This document shows positions 57,001 to 64,000 of a stretch of 64,000 nucleotides of DNA, one piece after another. A program made the translations under genes and the position numbers. This DNA comes from Acidobacteriota bacterium. GTDB taxonomy: Bacteria; Acidobacteriota; Holophagae; Holophagales; Holophagaceae. Positions within the stretch are counted from its first letter, which is position 1; each line of letters starts with the position of its first letter. The notes under the pieces were generated by a model, which worked only from the letters and a program-made list of their open reading frames with translations, was not told where the DNA came from and searched no databases. Where the stretch lies: assembly GCA_021794095.1 (NCBI GenBank), contig JAJYRN010000013.1:9465-73464 (forward strand), written 5' to 3'.

Positions 57001-60000
57001 GCAGCCCTTCCAAGTCATGGTCAATGGCGGCGCCCTCCAATCCGCCCGGTTCCAGGCCACGGCCATCGGGTCGGTGCTGGTGAAGGTGGTGGATGCGAAT
57101 GGCAAGCTCGTGGCGGGTGCGGAGGTCACCGGAGCAGGAGACTCCCTGTTCACGGATCTCTCAGGCCAGGCCCTCTTCCATGGCGTTCCGCAGGGAGTCG
57201 GGAGCCTGCGGGCCAGCCTGGGAACCCAACAGGTCTCAGGCCAATATGAAATCGCTCTCGAAAACCAGCAGGCTTCAGCCGCCCTCGCCTTCGCCCCGAC
57301 GGCCGCGCTCCATGGTGTGGTGCGGGATGCGCTGGGGCAGGTGGCATCCTATGTGGCTGTCTCCTGTGTGGGCCAGGCCGACACGGCCACCGATGCGCGG
57401 GGGGCCTTTGCCCTCCGGAGCTTGCCGATCGGGGTTCCCCTTACTCTGGTGGCCACAACCGCCCAGGGGCGGATCGGAACCTCGGCGACGGTGACCTTGG
57501 GACAGGGGGATGATCCCGAAGTGGACATCACCCTCCCGGCCGCCGGGACGCTGGCGGGCCAGGTGACGGATGCCCTGCGTCCGACGCTTCCCTCCCTGAG
57601 CATCCATGTCCTGAATGCCCAGGGTCAGGGCCTTGCCACCACCGGTTCAGACCAAACCGGGGCCTTCCAGATCCCGAACCTGCCGGCCGGACAGCCTCTG
57701 ACCGTGGTGGTTGTCTGGGATGACGGGCGGACCGAGGCCCTACGCCAGACCTTCACCATTCCGGGTGAAGGCCAGACCGTCAACCTGGTCTTGCCCCTGC
57801 CACCCTTCGTGAACCTCTCCGGGTGGACCCTGGATTCCGCCGGCGCCAACCAGCCCATGGACGTCCAGCTCATGGACGCTGCCGGATCCATCGTGATGGA
57901 CCGTGCGACCACCACGGTGGATATCCCCACCTTCTACTTCCGGTATCTGAAGGCAGGGGACACCTACCAGCTTCGGGGCTTCGATCCAGCCACGGGCGCG
58001 GGATGGGCCCGCCTGTCCCTCACGCCCTCCGGCAGCCAACTCCAGGAGACGGTGAACCTCCAACGCCCTGTACCGCATCCCCTGCTCCTTCAGGTGGTCT
58101 ACCCCGATGGAAGCGCGGTCCCCGGGGGCGGACATTACACCCTGACACTCCAGGGAAGCATCTCTGGGCACTGGGAAGGTGACCTCGGGTCCGACGGCTC
58201 GGCGACCGTGCCCGATGTCCTTCAGGGGCCGGCCACGATCGAAGTGAGTGGGGTTCCGGGCCAGCCGATGCTTTCCGTGAACGTGACCCTCGCTGCTCCC
58301 GGGGCTTCGCCGCAGTTGGTGCAGGTCCAAGCCTTCGGCGTGGGGCGGGCTCAGGTTGCCATTCGGACCGTGTCGGGTCGTCTGCTGACGGGCGGCGCCC
58401 TCGTGGCCCGATCTGCGGACGGAGGGGTGGTGCCAGCCATCCCCGAAGGAGATGGAGCCTATCTGCTCCAAGGCCTGCTGGTGGGACCTACCTATACCCT
58501 GGTCGGTTCTGGATTCGGCACCTTGGGGCAGGCCCCGGTCATTGCCCTGACTCACCACGGAGATGCCATCGCCGTGACCTACCCGGCACCCGATCAGGGC
58601 GACCTCCTGGGGAGCGTTAAGGATGCCAAGGGTCTTCCGGTGGCGGGAGCCCTGGTCTCCCTGAACGGCGGGCCGGGCCTGGCCTCAGACAACTCGGGCC
58701 AGTTCCGGTTCGACGGCATCCCCCTGGGACCGTTCAGTCTGGTCGCAACGATTCCTGGCCGGCTCGATCGCGCTGGATCCGACGGGAACCTCAGCCAGGA
58801 TGGCGAAGTCCAGACCCAAGATCTCACCCTCAAGGGGGTCGGATCCCTGAGCGTGACCGTGGTCACCATGGAGGGGACGCCCATGCCTGGACAGTCGGTG
58901 TCCATCCGGAATACTGCGCCGTACGCGGGGGGATTCACCCGGACCTCCGTGTCCGATTCCAATGGGGTGGCCACCTTCCCGGAGGTGCTGGAGGGCCCGA
59001 TCCAGGTCGCGGCAACCCTCCAGGGACAGGTCCGGACGGTGTCGGGGACGCTGGTGGCAGGAGGCAACCTCTCCCTGACCTTGACAGCCCGCGATACCAC
59101 CACGCTTTCGGGTCACATCCATCGCGCTTCCGGTCTGGCTTGGCCAGTCGGAGCGAAGGCCCTGATCGGTCCGTGGCAGGTCGCCCTTGCCACGGATGGC
59201 ACCCTGGCCGGATCGGCTCCATCGAAACCGATCGAGTACTCCGCCGGTTCCATCCCCGTCTCCGTGCTTCTGCCAAGCGGAAGCACGGTCGACATCGGAT
59301 CCCTCTCCCTCGTCAAGAACGCGCCAACGGTTCTGGATCTGGCCGCTCCTCCCTACGGAAGCGTCCAGGGCGTTCTCAGCGATGCCTCGGGGAAGCCCCT
59401 GCCCGGGGGGATAGTGACCTGCCGGGGCATCGTGTCCACCACGGGCCTTGATGGCTCGTACCTGCTGGATGGCCTGCCGATGGGATCCCTCGACCTGAAA
59501 GCCACGCTGGCCGGACGGCCGGAGTGGGCCGAAGGCCTGGCGACCCTGGCCCTGGATGGGGACCACAAGTCCATCGCTCTGCGCATGAAGGGGGTGGGCC
59601 AAGTCTCGGTGAAGGTGCTGGACGCGTCCGGCCAACCGATACCGAGTGTCCAGGTGTCGCTCCGCAACCTCAGCCCGTTTGCGCCCACGCAGCCCTGGAC
59701 CGCCATGACGGGTCCGGATGGGACTGCGCCCTTCAGCGGCATTGTCGAGGGCACCCTTCAAGCCAGTGCGGACATCCACGGGAGGACCTACACCCAGAGC
59801 GGCTCCCTGGCTCCGGGAGGGGCGGCGTCTCTCACGATCCAGGAGACGGTCTTCACCGTCTTCTCGGGTCGCGTGAAGCGTACGGATCCGAGCCTCTCTT
59901 GGCCGGTGGGAGCCCAGTTCCAGATCCTGAGCCAGACCTATCCCCTAGCCGCTGACGGCACGATCCAAGTTCCGACCCCCGCACCTCAGATCCAGTTCGT

Positions 60001-63000
60001 GACAGGGGCTGCTACCGGCCAGGTGCTGCTCCCGGATGGCACGGAACTCGACTGCGGATCCCTGACGCTGGTGAGGAACGGCGCGACCCTTGTGGCTCTG
60101 ACCGCCCCACCCTTCGGAACCCTGACCGTCACGGTGGAGGACTCGAAGCAGCTCCCGGTGGCCGGGGCCTGGGTCCGTGCAGGAAGGTTCCAAGGAATTT
60201 CCGGTTCGCAAGGGAAAGTCGAGGGCATCACTCTTCTGGGCGGAACCACCTCGGTCTCGGCCGGGAATGCCTCCCTGGTGGGGGGAACCAGCGTCCAGTT
60301 GAATTCGGACGGGCAAGCCGTTCCCTGCACTGTGGTCCTCCAATCGAATGCGGTCTCGCTGCCGGCCTACCTGAGCCTGGCGGGGCTGCACCGCCCCAAC
60401 GGCCTCAGGGTGGAAACCAGCGGCCACCAGCTTTTCGACTGGGGGGGCGGCAGCTCCGCGACCCTGAGCGTGGACGGAGCGTCTCCGGCCTGGCCCCAGC
60501 CTCCCGGGGGCGTGGCCCAGTGGGTGGAGAAGGATCGCCAGCTGAGCTACACCGCCAGCCAGGGACCCATCGAGGTCACCGTCCAGCGGAGCGTGGCCCC
60601 GCCGGGGATCGTGGTCCGAGAGGAAATCCGCCTCCGCAACACGGATACCCAGCCTCACCAGGTGGCCTTGCATCAGACGAGGTCATGGCCTGACTGGTAC
60701 TGGGCGGATGCTGGCGTGCGCGGGTACCCTTCGGACAATCCCCAGCCGGTGCTGGATGGGGCCACGCCGGATCTCGGACTGACCACCACGACGGGAGGGT
60801 CCTGGTTCTGGGGCGATGGGGCCGAGCGCCCCAGTTCCTGCCAGCTCGCCCAGGCCTACTCGACAGCATCCGTCAACCTGGACTGGCCCACCTGGAGCCT
60901 GGCCGCGGGCGCCTCCAAGGTGATTGCCTTGGCCTACGCGCCCTATGGCACCTCGGGCCCGAATCCCCTTCAACCCGGTGCCGCCGCTCGGCTGGCCTCT
61001 CGCCTCCAGGGCTCTGCTCCTGAATGGACCTATGGCCAGACCCTGGGCCCCTGGTCGAACTGGAAGGGAGAAGGGACGGACATCCCGACACCGCTGCCCC
61101 CCTGGAACCAGTCCGCCAAGCTGGACCTCCAGGACGCGTTGGGCCGCACCCCCATCAACCTGTCTCAGCTGACGTGGACCTATCAGCCCGATGACGCCCT
61201 GGCTCCCGTGGTGTCCGGGTGGGGCGCCGTGGCGCTGAGCAACCTTCCCGACGGAGGAACCCTGAAAGTCACGCTTCCCTCCCCGACGGGGACGCCCGTG
61301 GTGGAAGCGGTCCATGTGGACGTGCTTCGCGATGGGTCCATCCAGCTCCCCCAGGCCGCTTCGCTGTCCGTGACCGTCGTCGATGACCAGGGACAGCCCG
61401 TATCCGGGGCCGAGGTGGATGCAGGGGAGTCTGCCTGGTTTGCCACCGACGGCCAGGGACTCGTCGGGCCCCTCCTTCAGGCCCCTGGCGGCTATTCGAT
61501 CAAGGCCATGAGGCCGGGCAACAACACCTTTATTCACGTGACGGGCACGGGAACGTGCCTGGCGGGTCAGGACATGCCCGTCCGCCTGGTCCTTCCCGCC
61601 ACGGGCTCGATCCGCCTGACTTTGCTCGACGCCACGGGAACGGCCTATTCCGGGGGCTTCACCGCCTACCTTCAGACGCAGGACAGCGACGGCGGCAGCC
61701 GCAGCGTGGCCGCCTCCGGCAGCGGAGGCCAGGCCACGTGGCCGTACGTGCTGCCCGGCGACTGGACCCTCCAGTTGACGGATCCAAGGGGCAGCGGCCT
61801 GCCCATCCAGGTGCCCGTCCATGTGACTGCTGATGCCGAATCCGCCGTGGTGGCCACCCTGCCTTCCCTGGGGCAGGTCCAGGTCTCGGTCCTGACGCCC
61901 GCAGGCGTGGCGGCCCAGGCTGGAATCTCCGTCAGCCTGCAAGATGGCACCTGGACGAGCGGGTACACGAATGCATCTGGCCAGGTGCTCTTCTCTAACG
62001 TGGCCCCAGGGACGGTCACCCTTTCGGCTACCAATCCCGCTAATGGGCTTCCGGCCTATGCCTCCGCCCAGGTGGCCGCGAACCAGGCAACTGCGATGGT
62101 CCTGACCCTGTCTGGGGCGGGCACCCTCCGGTTCACCCTGACGAATGCCGGAGGGGCGCCCATCCCGGGCCGCTGGCTGTACGTGGCCGATGCGACGGGA
62201 CGCTACCGCTACAGTCAACAGACCAACACGTCAGGACAGGCCGTATTCACAAACTTGCCCACCGGCATGCCGCTCCTCCTCAAGGACAGTGCCAGCGCGT
62301 ATCCCTGGAGTCCGGCCCTTCCGGACCAAGCCTTCACATTCCATCATGACCAGGAATCGCAGGCTCTGTCCTACGCCCTTCCTGCGGGCGACTTGCAGGT
62401 GGTGGTCACCTGGGGCGGGGTTCCCGCTCCCAACCAGCAACTCCAGTTGGGGCTCCAGGGAAGCACCACGGATAACCGGATCTGCATCACGGATGCCCAG
62501 GGAAAAGTTCAGCTGCAGCAGATCCCCTCCCCAGCCATCCTGACCTATTCCATCCGAGGTCATGAGGGGCTCATCCCCATGAGTGGTGGAAGCCTGACCT
62601 TCCCCATTGATCTGCCGCCCCCAGCCTCTCTGACGGTCACCTTGACGCGGGCCGATGGGCAGGCGCCCCCGACGTCTGGCTCCGTCTACTATCAGGACTG
62701 GTCCTGGATGGCCACTCCGGGGGATGGCCAGACGGGCGCGCCTTCCCAAGTCAGCTCGGGACAGGCCACCTGGAACGTCCTGGACGTGGGAACGAGCCAG
62801 GACATCCAGGCCTCCCTTCCCATGAACTCCCATCTCTGGGGATGGGGATACGTTGCGAAGGGGCAGACAAGCAGCGAAACCTGGACCGCCAAGGGGTCCA
62901 TCACCCTCAAGGCGGGGACCAACAACCTGACCCTGACCCTTCCAGCGCGCGCCTCGGCCAGGATCCGGTTCGTGGACGCCTCCGGCGCCCCCATCACGGG

Positions 63001-64000
63001 GCCCATGAATGGCGATCTGATCACATTCCAGGTCATGGATTCGACGAATCCCGCCCTGGTGGGCCAAGCCACGAACACCTCCCTGTTCGACGGCATGAAC
63101 CTGCCCGAGGTGTTCACAGAAGGCGTGCACCACCTGAAGGCGAGTTCGGCCTTCTGGGGCGACCTCGGGACCGTGATCCTCACCGTCCGGCCACAAGATG
63201 ATGGGAAGACCCTGGATGTGCCGGTGACGCTCCCCTGGGTCCAGCAGGCCTACCGGTTCGCGGCCCTGGCGTCGGACGGGGCAACTCCGGTTCCGGCCGC
63301 CTCCTTCCTCATTGATACAGGGAAGGGAACGCTGCAGATCGGGAGCGGAACGCTTCCCCTCTCGGGCACCTTCTGGGCGCCTGGAGGCCAGCCGGTGACC
63401 GTTACGACTCAGTTCATGACGCCACTCACCGGTCGGTTCGTGACGGCCTCGCTGCCTGCCATAACCGGAAACGCGGCCTGGGATCTGAGCTTCCAGATGC
63501 CCCTGACGGTGCTCCGCGGGCGATTGAAGGATCTCGATGGAACCTGGTTGTCCAAGGTGGAGGGTTTCGCCTACCAGGATCCGCCGGATAAGATCCGGGT
63601 GCGCCTGCCCAGGGTTCCCATGTCGGATGCGAACTACGTGGTGCTGCTCGGGGAGGATCCCGGCCGGCAGGTGGATCTGACCTTGTTCGACGAGGATTCG
63701 GGGCTGGGCCAGAAGGCGTCGGCGGTCGTGCCATCCCTGGGAGCCGCCACCACGGTGGAGCCCTCAATGCCGGACTATGGCTGGCTGTCGGTGCCCACGT
63801 TCACGCTTCCGGATGGCAGCCATCCCCCAAGCGTGGACCTCGCCATCGCCTCCTCGGATCCCGGATTGGTGGACCCAAGCTACGCCCACTGGCGGACCGT
63901 CACGCCGCCCCAGGCGGCGCCTGGGTTCTCGCCCACGCTGTCGGGGAATGGCCCCCAGGTGAACCTGGATGGGTTCGGGGCCACCCTGGGTGGCGGTCTC
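51035..64000 (+). CDS. Giant secreted multi-domain beta-sandwich protein (carboxypeptidase-regulatory-like/Cna-B/Ig-like repeats), >4,322 aa, 3' end beyond the window
   Basis: ATG 51035 follows the in-frame TGA at 51026-51028; hydrophobic N-terminus ALTLTLCLWTSLGFG. Spot translations at 51.7, 55.3, 57.8, 58.6, 60.1, 62.2 and 64.0 kb are in frame. The ORF track lists no stop-terminated ORF in this frame. Repeated G-x-V-x-G-x-V-x-D-x-x-G-x-P motifs. Confidence 0.9.
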   Translation, partial: MLHYAKQPVSRALTLTLCLWTSLGFGRTVRLKRGPRPEGTSAAGVTPHVTVGMASLLRAGALAVTSLDLVGLELRLPSTPMNLPRNAPFFVPVQLGLRGQPVGQASNPYPADAELQGTLTGPGLSAPVALSGTLASGLSVPGLPEAGDYTISGVQLVHDSRVLLKAQQNAFSVHCLGDVLVTSVSASPMTMDEIKQAGIQLEPGDYTGRRFEMTLSVGGKQVSLNIPVAIPVYNGLEDPRGSVGPVGLKIGNIQGAIPNGLSVVLADIVPDKDPFSLSRPSVSFEMRNNFKALLVIPGSIGYLKQIYKVNVAVFDALDPSSPYRISHLAATWLPPAGLDGMPGTPDDPLLATGGESLAQVLVGPKGNSTLSGGQTAMATFDLLGNAEGSHPLDFKIVGQFEGGDLDQPVALTGVAHGKVLVQDPNFNLMLVHPDVVRRGQTYTLEAHLTNTSQTLANAVSLTIDKARLAGTQLIGDATQTIDTLLPGQTVVMKFRLQAFISGQVTSSYLYIDPGNTIGFQLSTGIGPRDVCLNPDTLSLPDSLVDPTRGIPKPLQEAMLALLNAGYDVATSQQALPPGVLPISRATITTTMAESLSQEGLFLGMGLDKARVWWDLWTLFTRNPDAGFDQLMRTTQVGADLRNAFLSAWAWANGAKGPAVRAKDFATFNSGLSDMALVGIQGAGPGLQIAASNGHGGILEMGLPESDQAPVPVPGLGLPDSAWGASGGLQLLQVPMGPKDTVRLAVANQGPETRTLTLGLVNPLAGSAVPVSNTLTVTLEKGESAMLKLGATRIVSAELTSSQGDAQGQVLAQNTEDAPAEPFQVLGIHRYDLSVSGSADPYGTQVMILFNRPNMALNVPDGDAGFQTASALVQIEANQFWRKVMAPNPETGVVPPAPAALLQAFPRVVSCYLEKPVGPYIHRSLTLSSQWTDQDGHPIQGPLTWDIQSGLLPGGAVVKGHFRRLDGTGVPGHLTYWYQQRVDNTAVDLATGYSFADEMIDFYYPLITNNVATEADGSFQLDYVPAPIGDFIGPFVLQGGFPEGTAFAEASVLGNGQTIQMDLVLEGKGSVDGTVLDAEGQPIEGAQVLAIQEQQSSDFTRGTGGGHFSAGGVTDAQGHYHLEGLKTGVFSLQVLKGDLGAVSGGEITTDGQMVSLNVVLQGKVGTIRARVLDPKGLLRRDQTVRLGIPGGLVRNGSSAGSWTYPLEGKPGPDGWVTFTKVPAGDVQLIAPYSAPTQAPGWQGFLKPDQTLQIELKMADPTQLGSVQALVVDAGGSPVPGAFLKFDSGASMNFVAQTGDDGLTPPVPVLSGQAVQGFVYHPHWTGLTATNSVQVQAGGHYILKAVLPARCVLTGAVIRPDGSPVAGAYVAIPPVYSDNTRNRLAITDTHGAYTIPNVPAGGAYRLAAVGPDLRTAVNVQVPVALSDTSLTVNLTLPEVAHNTLTGTVYQPLSGAGQRVPTNATLGVYGQLPDIAASQGGNSRWGLPEQALVGAVNEDDMPPTRVGQFAIPNLPAGPYTLNASSSLFPSLVMMAGDFGADTSGTKSLDVYLHDNNVGLVQGRVAQPDGQTPVAAGARVMVMIGGHSLIQVLTQEGGTYVFPRVLPPNDFYMLRVEDPQTGDITVKPFSLNAREIKTLNVRLWGWGDLTVKVQDSHGNPLIGVGATTCGTVTLQHSKSNLVGLADMPLLQLPVTPADQGTLVFPHLLEGPITIQLKDTSGLSGVASAELPIGGGNQTVVVRLQPVGRIQGTLLRADGTPVAAGRVDAYQGGRWLGTCPTFVQFPTDPNPVPGHFMFDPLPTGPIRLEAWDPDSRQTGQATVNVEDNQTATLTMKTLDTGQVTIQVLQEGKPVLRAGINVTYQGGPAMSFATQATADESGSATFILPPGTYAVEATDPVSLASGSLTFTRELNQAPCSKSLDLQPVRSVFVTVLPPPPLPGQTPVDLTGWRLRADGLNRTILLDSNGQGTLLDMPVGTYALALYDAANRFRGRQPFQVMVNGGALQSARFQATAIGSVLVKVVDANGKLVAGAEVTGAGDSLFTDLSGQALFHGVPQGVGSLRASLGTQQVSGQYEIALENQQASAALAFAPTAALHGVVRDALGQVASYVAVSCVGQADTATDARGAFALRSLPIGVPLTLVATTAQGRIGTSATVTLGQGDDPEVDITLPAAGTLAGQVTDALRPTLPSLSIHVLNAQGQGLATTGSDQTGAFQIPNLPAGQPLTVVVVWDDGRTEALRQTFTIPGEGQTVNLVLPLPPFVNLSGWTLDSAGANQPMDVQLMDAAGSIVMDRATTTVDIPTFYFRYLKAGDTYQLRGFDPATGAGWARLSLTPSGSQLQETVNLQRPVPHPLLLQVVYPDGSAVPGGGHYTLTLQGSISGHWEGDLGSDGSATVPDVLQGPATIEVSGVPGQPMLSVNVTLAAPGASPQLVQVQAFGVGRAQVAIRTVSGRLLTGGALVARSADGGVVPAIPEGDGAYLLQGLLVGPTYTLVGSGFGTLGQAPVIALTHHGDAIAVTYPAPDQGDLLGSVKDAKGLPVAGALVSLNGGPGLASDNSGQFRFDGIPLGPFSLVATIPGRLDRAGSDGNLSQDGEVQTQDLTLKGVGSLSVTVVTMEGTPMPGQSVSIRNTAPYAGGFTRTSVSDSNGVATFPEVLEGPIQVAATLQGQVRTVSGTLVAGGNLSLTLTARDTTTLSGHIHRASGLAWPVGAKALIGPWQVALATDGTLAGSAPSKPIEYSAGSIPVSVLLPSGSTVDIGSLSLVKNAPTVLDLAAPPYGSVQGVLSDASGKPLPGGIVTCRGIVSTTGLDGSYLLDGLPMGSLDLKATLAGRPEWAEGLATLALDGDHKSIALRMKGVGQVSVKVLDASGQPIPSVQVSLRNLSPFAPTQPWTAMTGPDGTAPFSGIVEGTLQASADIHGRTYTQSGSLAPGGAASLTIQETVFTVFSGRVKRTDPSLSWPVGAQFQILSQTYPLAADGTIQVPTPAPQIQFVTGAATGQVLLPDGTELDCGSLTLVRNGATLVALTAPPFGTLTVTVEDSKQLPVAGAWVRAGRFQGISGSQGKVEGITLLGGTTSVSAGNASLVGGTSVQLNSDGQAVPCTVVLQSNAVSLPAYLSLAGLHRPNGLRVETSGHQLFDWGGGSSATLSVDGASPAWPQPPGGVAQWVEKDRQLSYTASQGPIEVTVQRSVAPPGIVVREEIRLRNTDTQPHQVALHQTRSWPDWYWADAGVRGYPSDNPQPVLDGATPDLGLTTTTGGSWFWGDGAERPSSCQLAQAYSTASVNLDWPTWSLAAGASKVIALAYAPYGTSGPNPLQPGAAARLASRLQGSAPEWTYGQTLGPWSNWKGEGTDIPTPLPPWNQSAKLDLQDALGRTPINLSQLTWTYQPDDALAPVVSGWGAVALSNLPDGGTLKVTLPSPTGTPVVEAVHVDVLRDGSIQLPQAASLSVTVVDDQGQPVSGAEVDAGESAWFATDGQGLVGPLLQAPGGYSIKAMRPGNNTFIHVTGTGTCLAGQDMPVRLVLPATGSIRLTLLDATGTAYSGGFTAYLQTQDSDGGSRSVAASGSGGQATWPYVLPGDWTLQLTDPRGSGLPIQVPVHVTADAESAVVATLPSLGQVQVSVLTPAGVAAQAGISVSLQDGTWTSGYTNASGQVLFSNVAPGTVTLSATNPANGLPAYASAQVAANQATAMVLTLSGAGTLRFTLTNAGGAPIPGRWLYVADATGRYRYSQQTNTSGQAVFTNLPTGMPLLLKDSASAYPWSPALPDQAFTFHHDQESQALSYALPAGDLQVVVTWGGVPAPNQQLQLGLQGSTTDNRICITDAQGKVQLQQIPSPAILTYSIRGHEGLIPMSGGSLTFPIDLPPPASLTVTLTRADGQAPPTSGSVYYQDWSWMATPGDGQTGAPSQVSSGQATWNVLDVGTSQDIQASLPMNSHLWGWGYVAKGQTSSETWTAKGSITLKAGTNNLTLTLPARASARIRFVDASGAPITGPMNGDLITFQVMDSTNPALVGQATNTSLFDGMNLPEVFTEGVHHLKASSAFWGDLGTVILTVRPQDDGKTLDVPVTLPWVQQAYRFAALASDGATPVPAASFLIDTGKGTLQIGSGTLPLSGTFWAPGGQPVTVTTQFMTPLTGRFVTASLPAITGNAAWDLSFQMPLTVLRGRLKDLDGTWLSKVEGFAYQDPPDKIRVRLPRVPMSDANYVVLLGEDPGRQVDLTLFDEDSGLGQKASAVVPSLGAATTVEPSMPDYGWLSVPTFTLPDGSHPPSVDLAIASSDPGLVDPSYAHWRTVTPPQAAPGFSPTLSGNGPQVNLDGFGATLGGGL

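Overview
High-GC bacterial chromosome segment. Gene content is compatible with Acidobacteriota/Holophagae (Geothrix-like); this is an inference and was not verified. Bases 1-13.4 kb are an accessory block: an ArsM-ArsS arsenosugar-type cluster with DedA, a MerA/LpdA-like oxidoreductase and a TIGR04282-type transferase; an ECF sigma/anti-sigma/HD-GYP operon; a CMD-TetR-haloacid dehalogenase operon with a perfect operator; yceI, a peroxiredoxin-like gene, a dCMP deaminase and two frameshifted genes. Bases 13.4-50.5 kb are mostly core genes (spoIID-like, yebC, ybeY, rsmG, LysM, pfkB, Smr, uup, marR, recO, MCP, tonB, rnpB, fur, add, nrnA, ribA, rluB, pgsA, feoAB, a VPS10/BNR protein). From 51035 one reading frame stays open to the window end: a >4,300-aa secreted multi-beta-sandwich protein that is absent from the ORF track and is preceded by an AT-rich tract and an IS21 istB relic. 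Non-coding structure includes a dispersed and tandem 99-bp double-hairpin repeat family with compensatory base changes that sits on stop codons, a 3x78-bp hairpin array, a 72-bp duplication of the yebC 3' end with only synonymous changes (att-like scar), and a 21-aa exbD stub. No tRNA, rRNA, CRISPR array or intact transposase was found.
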